DNA of 63,991 bases, the filler included, from Diploschistes diacapsis (Eukaryota), in NCBI GenBank assembly GCA_023645945.1. It is 5 parts of 5 records of this genome, joined end to end, with 100 filler letters (N's around TTAATTAATTAA, not from the genome) between each part and the next. Parts side by side here need not be neighbours in the genome. Positions count along the whole stretch, not along the records: positions 56,377 to 63,991 come from JALAIB010001264.1; 4 more parts are not named here. One strand, given 5' to 3'. Positions 60,898 to 63,991 of the stretch are shown one piece after another; the first letter of the stretch is position 1; each line of letters opens with the position of its first letter. The translations under genes were made by a program, and so were the position numbers. Under the pieces are notes generated by a model. It had not been told where the DNA came from, made no database searches, and worked only from the letters and a program-made list of their open reading frames with translations.

Positions 60898-62937
60898 ATG
60901 GAGCTTAGGCGAGGAGCGGGCCTCTGCGTATTGGCGTTCGCTGCAAATGTGCTATCTCAACAACCATCGGGACGACCGATCCCAATGACATGGAATACAC
61001 AAACAGCCTTCGGTCCCGATGGACCATGGCAGGCAGTTCAAGTATCTGTCGGCACGGGCAGCGGCAAGGAGATGGTCAGTCTATATCCAGGCGGATCATT
61101 CGACAGTGACATCCTTACATCAAAGTTCTGCAATAATTCCTGTGCAGCCCAAGCGGGCGGCTTGTATGATCCATCCCAATCACCCACGGCCGACTTCACT
61201 TCAATAGGTGCCTCCGGAAGTATAACATCATGGTCGACCGATGAGGCGATGAACCTGACGGGCCAGGGAGTATTCACGCTGGATACCATGAGTGTTAGCT
61301 CTGACTCAACGGCATACCCAATTCCAAATACAGTCTTCAGCTCCGTCGTGTCAACCGACGCACGACTACCTAACGGATCGTTGTATTCTCCTGTCCTTGG
61401 GAGCCTCGCCTTGGGCTCTCCGAACCCAGTGCAGACCTTTTTGACGAGCAATGGATCCAACGTGACTGGCCAGCTACTGACCGGTTACCTGGCCGATCAG
61501 GGTAGTATCCCTTCGAGTTCGTGGGGACTGCACATTGGATCAGCATCTCTCAACCAAGTTGGCTCGCTCGTGCTTGGCGGATATGACCAGTCGAGGGTGG
61601 TTGGCGAGGTGGGGTCGATTGACACCAGCGGAGTGGGAGGAGAGCCCATCGCCGGACTGGTGGACGCTAGCATCGGTGTGGAAGCGGGCGGATCTCCATT
61701 CAACACGACCACTATACCTAGTCTATTCCAGGCAGGCGGAAACCTTACGATGAAAGTAATGTTGAATCCGTTGGTTCCTTACATGTTCTTGCCATTCGCC
61801 ATGTGCGAGGCGATCGCACAATGGCTGCCCGTCACCTATTCGCCGGATACAACTCTCTATCACTGGAACACAGACGACTACCGATACGAATCCATCGTCA
61901 AGTCACCTTCGTACCTTTCGTTTACATTCCAGAACGGCGACACCGGGAACATGACCATCAAGGTACCCTTCGCCTTGCTGAACTTGACTCTGGAATCGCC
62001 ACTTGTGGCTACACCAACGCAATATTTCCCCTGCAAAGGCTGGAACAGCCCAGACGGAACCTACTTCCTAGGGCGTGCATTCCTCCAGGCAGCGTATCTT
62101 GGAATAAACTGGAACCAAAACAAATTTTTCCTGGCCCAGGCAGCAGGACCCGGTGCTCAGCAACCAGATGTGCAGATCATCAAACCCACCGACAACTCAC
62201 TCCAATCGAACCCAGATGCCGCTTTCTTGCAGACATGGCAATCAAAATGGACAGTGCTGCCCGCAAACGCATCATCATCTTCCAGAAACAGCACCGCTGT
62301 ACCAGTTTCATCGAGCACCAGCTCCGGTCTTTCGATGGGCGCTCAGATTGGAATCGGTGTCGGCGCCGGCGTTGCGGGCTTGGCGCTAATCGCCGGACTG
62401 ATCGCCTGCCTCTGCATCCGGTCACGACGGAGAAAGGCCGAAGCACAGAGGCAACAACTACAGCCAGCGGAAACTGGTGCAACGAAAACAACGATCGATG
62501 ACAACAAGTCAGATTTGGAAAAGCATAACGTCAAACATGCCTACAAAAATGGTTACTTTCCGCCGCAGTTCCGCCACGAGATGGAGGTGCCTCCGTCGGA
62601 AATGGATGCGCCACAGAGAATACACGAAGCCAACGGCAGCAGCGCGATTGTGCACGAAGCCCCGTCGAGCAGCTTTGCCTTCGAGATAGACTCGAGGGAG
62701 GTCGACAGAAGAAGTCCCCTGAGCGCTGGCGCGGACTCGCTACCGCCTTTCGCAGGCCATGGGTCGCGTGCGGCAAGTCCGCCGCCGGGAGGCCCGAGTC
62801 CCATCAGCCCATCAAGAAGTCCAGTCAGCCAGGGAAGGGGAGCAAAGAAGAGTCCCGTAAGTCCGCGGAGGACACCGGCGACTCCGTGGCAGAATAATCA
62901 CCGACGAGAGTTTGGGGACGGTACGGATATGTTTTGA
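60898..62937 (+). CDS. Pepsin-fold (peptidase A1-like) single-pass membrane protein, probably non-catalytic
   Basis: Signal peptide, FGPDGPWQAV, YDPSQS, GSLALG, GSLVLGGYDQSR, ITIKVP-like MTIKVPFALLNLTL and YFLGRAFLQAAYL; TM helix IGIGVGAGVAGLALIAGLIACLCI followed by RSRRRK. Both DTG positions are replaced. Confidence 0.88.
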   Translation: MELRRGAGLCVLAFAANVLSQQPSGRPIPMTWNTQTAFGPDGPWQAVQVSVGTGSGKEMVSLYPGGSFDSDILTSKFCNNSCAAQAGGLYDPSQSPTADFTSIGASGSITSWSTDEAMNLTGQGVFTLDTMSVSSDSTAYPIPNTVFSSVVSTDARLPNGSLYSPVLGSLALGSPNPVQTFLTSNGSNVTGQLLTGYLADQGSIPSSSWGLHIGSASLNQVGSLVLGGYDQSRVVGEVGSIDTSGVGGEPIAGLVDASIGVEAGGSPFNTTTIPSLFQAGGNLTMKVMLNPLVPYMFLPFAMCEAIAQWLPVTYSPDTTLYHWNTDDYRYESIVKSPSYLSFTFQNGDTGNMTIKVPFALLNLTLESPLVATPTQYFPCKGWNSPDGTYFLGRAFLQAAYLGINWNQNKFFLAQAAGPGAQQPDVQIIKPTDNSLQSNPDAAFLQTWQSKWTVLPANASSSSRNSTAVPVSSSTSSGLSMGAQIGIGVGAGVAGLALIAGLIACLCIRSRRRKAEAQRQQLQPAETGATKTTIDDNKSDLEKHNVKHAYKNGYFPPQFRHEMEVPPSEMDAPQRIHEANGSSAIVHEAPSSSFAFEIDSREVDRRSPLSAGADSLPPFAGHGSRAASPPPGGPSPISPSRSPVSQGRGAKKSPVSPRRTPATPWQNNHRREFGDGTDMF

Positions 62938-63991
62938 AAAGCGAGCGTTCATTTGTTGATTTCTTTTCAATTTTATCTTCATTCCAAGTAACTATTACAT
63001 TTTGCAATCACTGTTAATACAGGTCATGACTTTTCTGGGCGCCTTTCTTGCTGGAGGGGGAAAAATAATGGGCTGGCATGAGATACCAATTGTTCTGTCT
63101 TGCATCTGGGAAAGATTCCCATCCTTGTCTTCGAGATAGCTTCTCTCTACCGAAGAGTTACTACCCGAGGCCACAACACAAGTTTATTAATCCATTCCCA
63201 ATCTTCGTGATCTTGCCGTTTCCATTCCTGCAGAGACCAGAATCGTGCGCCCATTCTCCACGCCCCCCGACGGGCCTCTCTGCTGTACTGCATCCGCGCC
63301 ATCGAGCACCAGCGCTCCCCTCTCACCCAAAGCGCCAACTCGGCTGACGCTAACAGAGATCCTCCTTTCAATAGGGGTGGCTCGACCTCCTGCCTCGTCC
63401 GTCCTTGCACCGTGCCGCCGAGTCAAGTCACGCAATGCTGTCTTCATAAATAGATTCCCACACTTCTCTGTGAGGGAGGGGAGGGGAAAAAAAAAAAAAA
63501 AAAACCGACGTCAATTTTTGCGCGTGGGTGCAACAAATCCACTTGGTCTCTGGTCTCTGGCCTCTGGGTCTTTGGCACAGCAGACGGCTGTCCCTACGCG
63601 CCCTCCATACTCCAGCACCATCGTCCAGAAGCTCGTATCCGCCAAAAACCCCCGGGGTCTCGGACTCACGGTTATCCCCAGTGCCAGGGGCTATCAAACG
63701 CGTTGAGATGGATAACGCTTGCTCTGTGCAACCCCATACAAGTGCCCGAGCTGTTCTCCGAGTTGGGATCGAGCGCCTTGAAGCACCCCCCGTCTGGAAG
63801 CTAAAAACTGCCGTACAATGGGCTCCCTTATATGGCTTTCACTTCCACACACGCCCCTTGCTGTCGGCAGGGTCCTCGTGACCTCTCGACTTGTCTCCGC
63901 CAGGCGGGACTGTGAGAACTGTGAGGTCGAAGAGCGCATTGCCCGTGCCCGAGTCCCCATGTCAAGGGGAGGCGGGAGGCGGGAATGGGTG

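Noticed and set aside
61803..62501. 232-aa alternative-frame ORF inside the pepsin-like gene, and similar antisense ORFs over PI31, BNI4, the transporter, SPT5 and the kelch gene
   Set aside because: Expected shadow ORFs of GC-rich coding sequence, with no motifs.

Overview
Genomic DNA from a filamentous ascomycete (Pezizomycotina): short GT-AG introns with CTRAC branch sites and RIP-like mutation. It is a scaffold with four 100-nt artificial gap linkers (N...TTAATTAATTAA...N), so gene adjacency across gaps is not guaranteed. Intact conserved genes, with exons rebuilt by hand: PI31 proteasome regulator, BUB3, ADI1, BNI4-like, an MFS sugar porter, PMT2, a small conserved HTH-type protein, NTM1/TAE1, an EVE-domain protein, SPT5 and RSM26-like. 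Accessory or decaying content: a nest of transposon relics at 6.7-8.25 kb (a clean pogo-type MITE, solo-LTR-like pieces and a hAT-like end), pseudogenes of PhyH, SDR (RIP-damaged), NACHT-ankyrin NLR and alpha/beta hydrolase type, and a PD-(D/E)XK-like ORF. There are two strongest leads. (1) The sugar porter has a 165-codon, AUG-free, in-frame open extension upstream of its first AUG, a candidate non-AUG-initiated isoform. (2) A head-to-head pair of single-pass membrane genes (kelch ectodomain and catalytically dead pepsin ectodomain) share a repeated xxE[LMAI]xx motif in their cytoplasmic tails, next to a third receptor-like gene; this is a candidate uncharacterised surface-sensing module. No tRNA, rRNA or CRISPR was seen. 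All family assignments come from motif recognition, not database searches.
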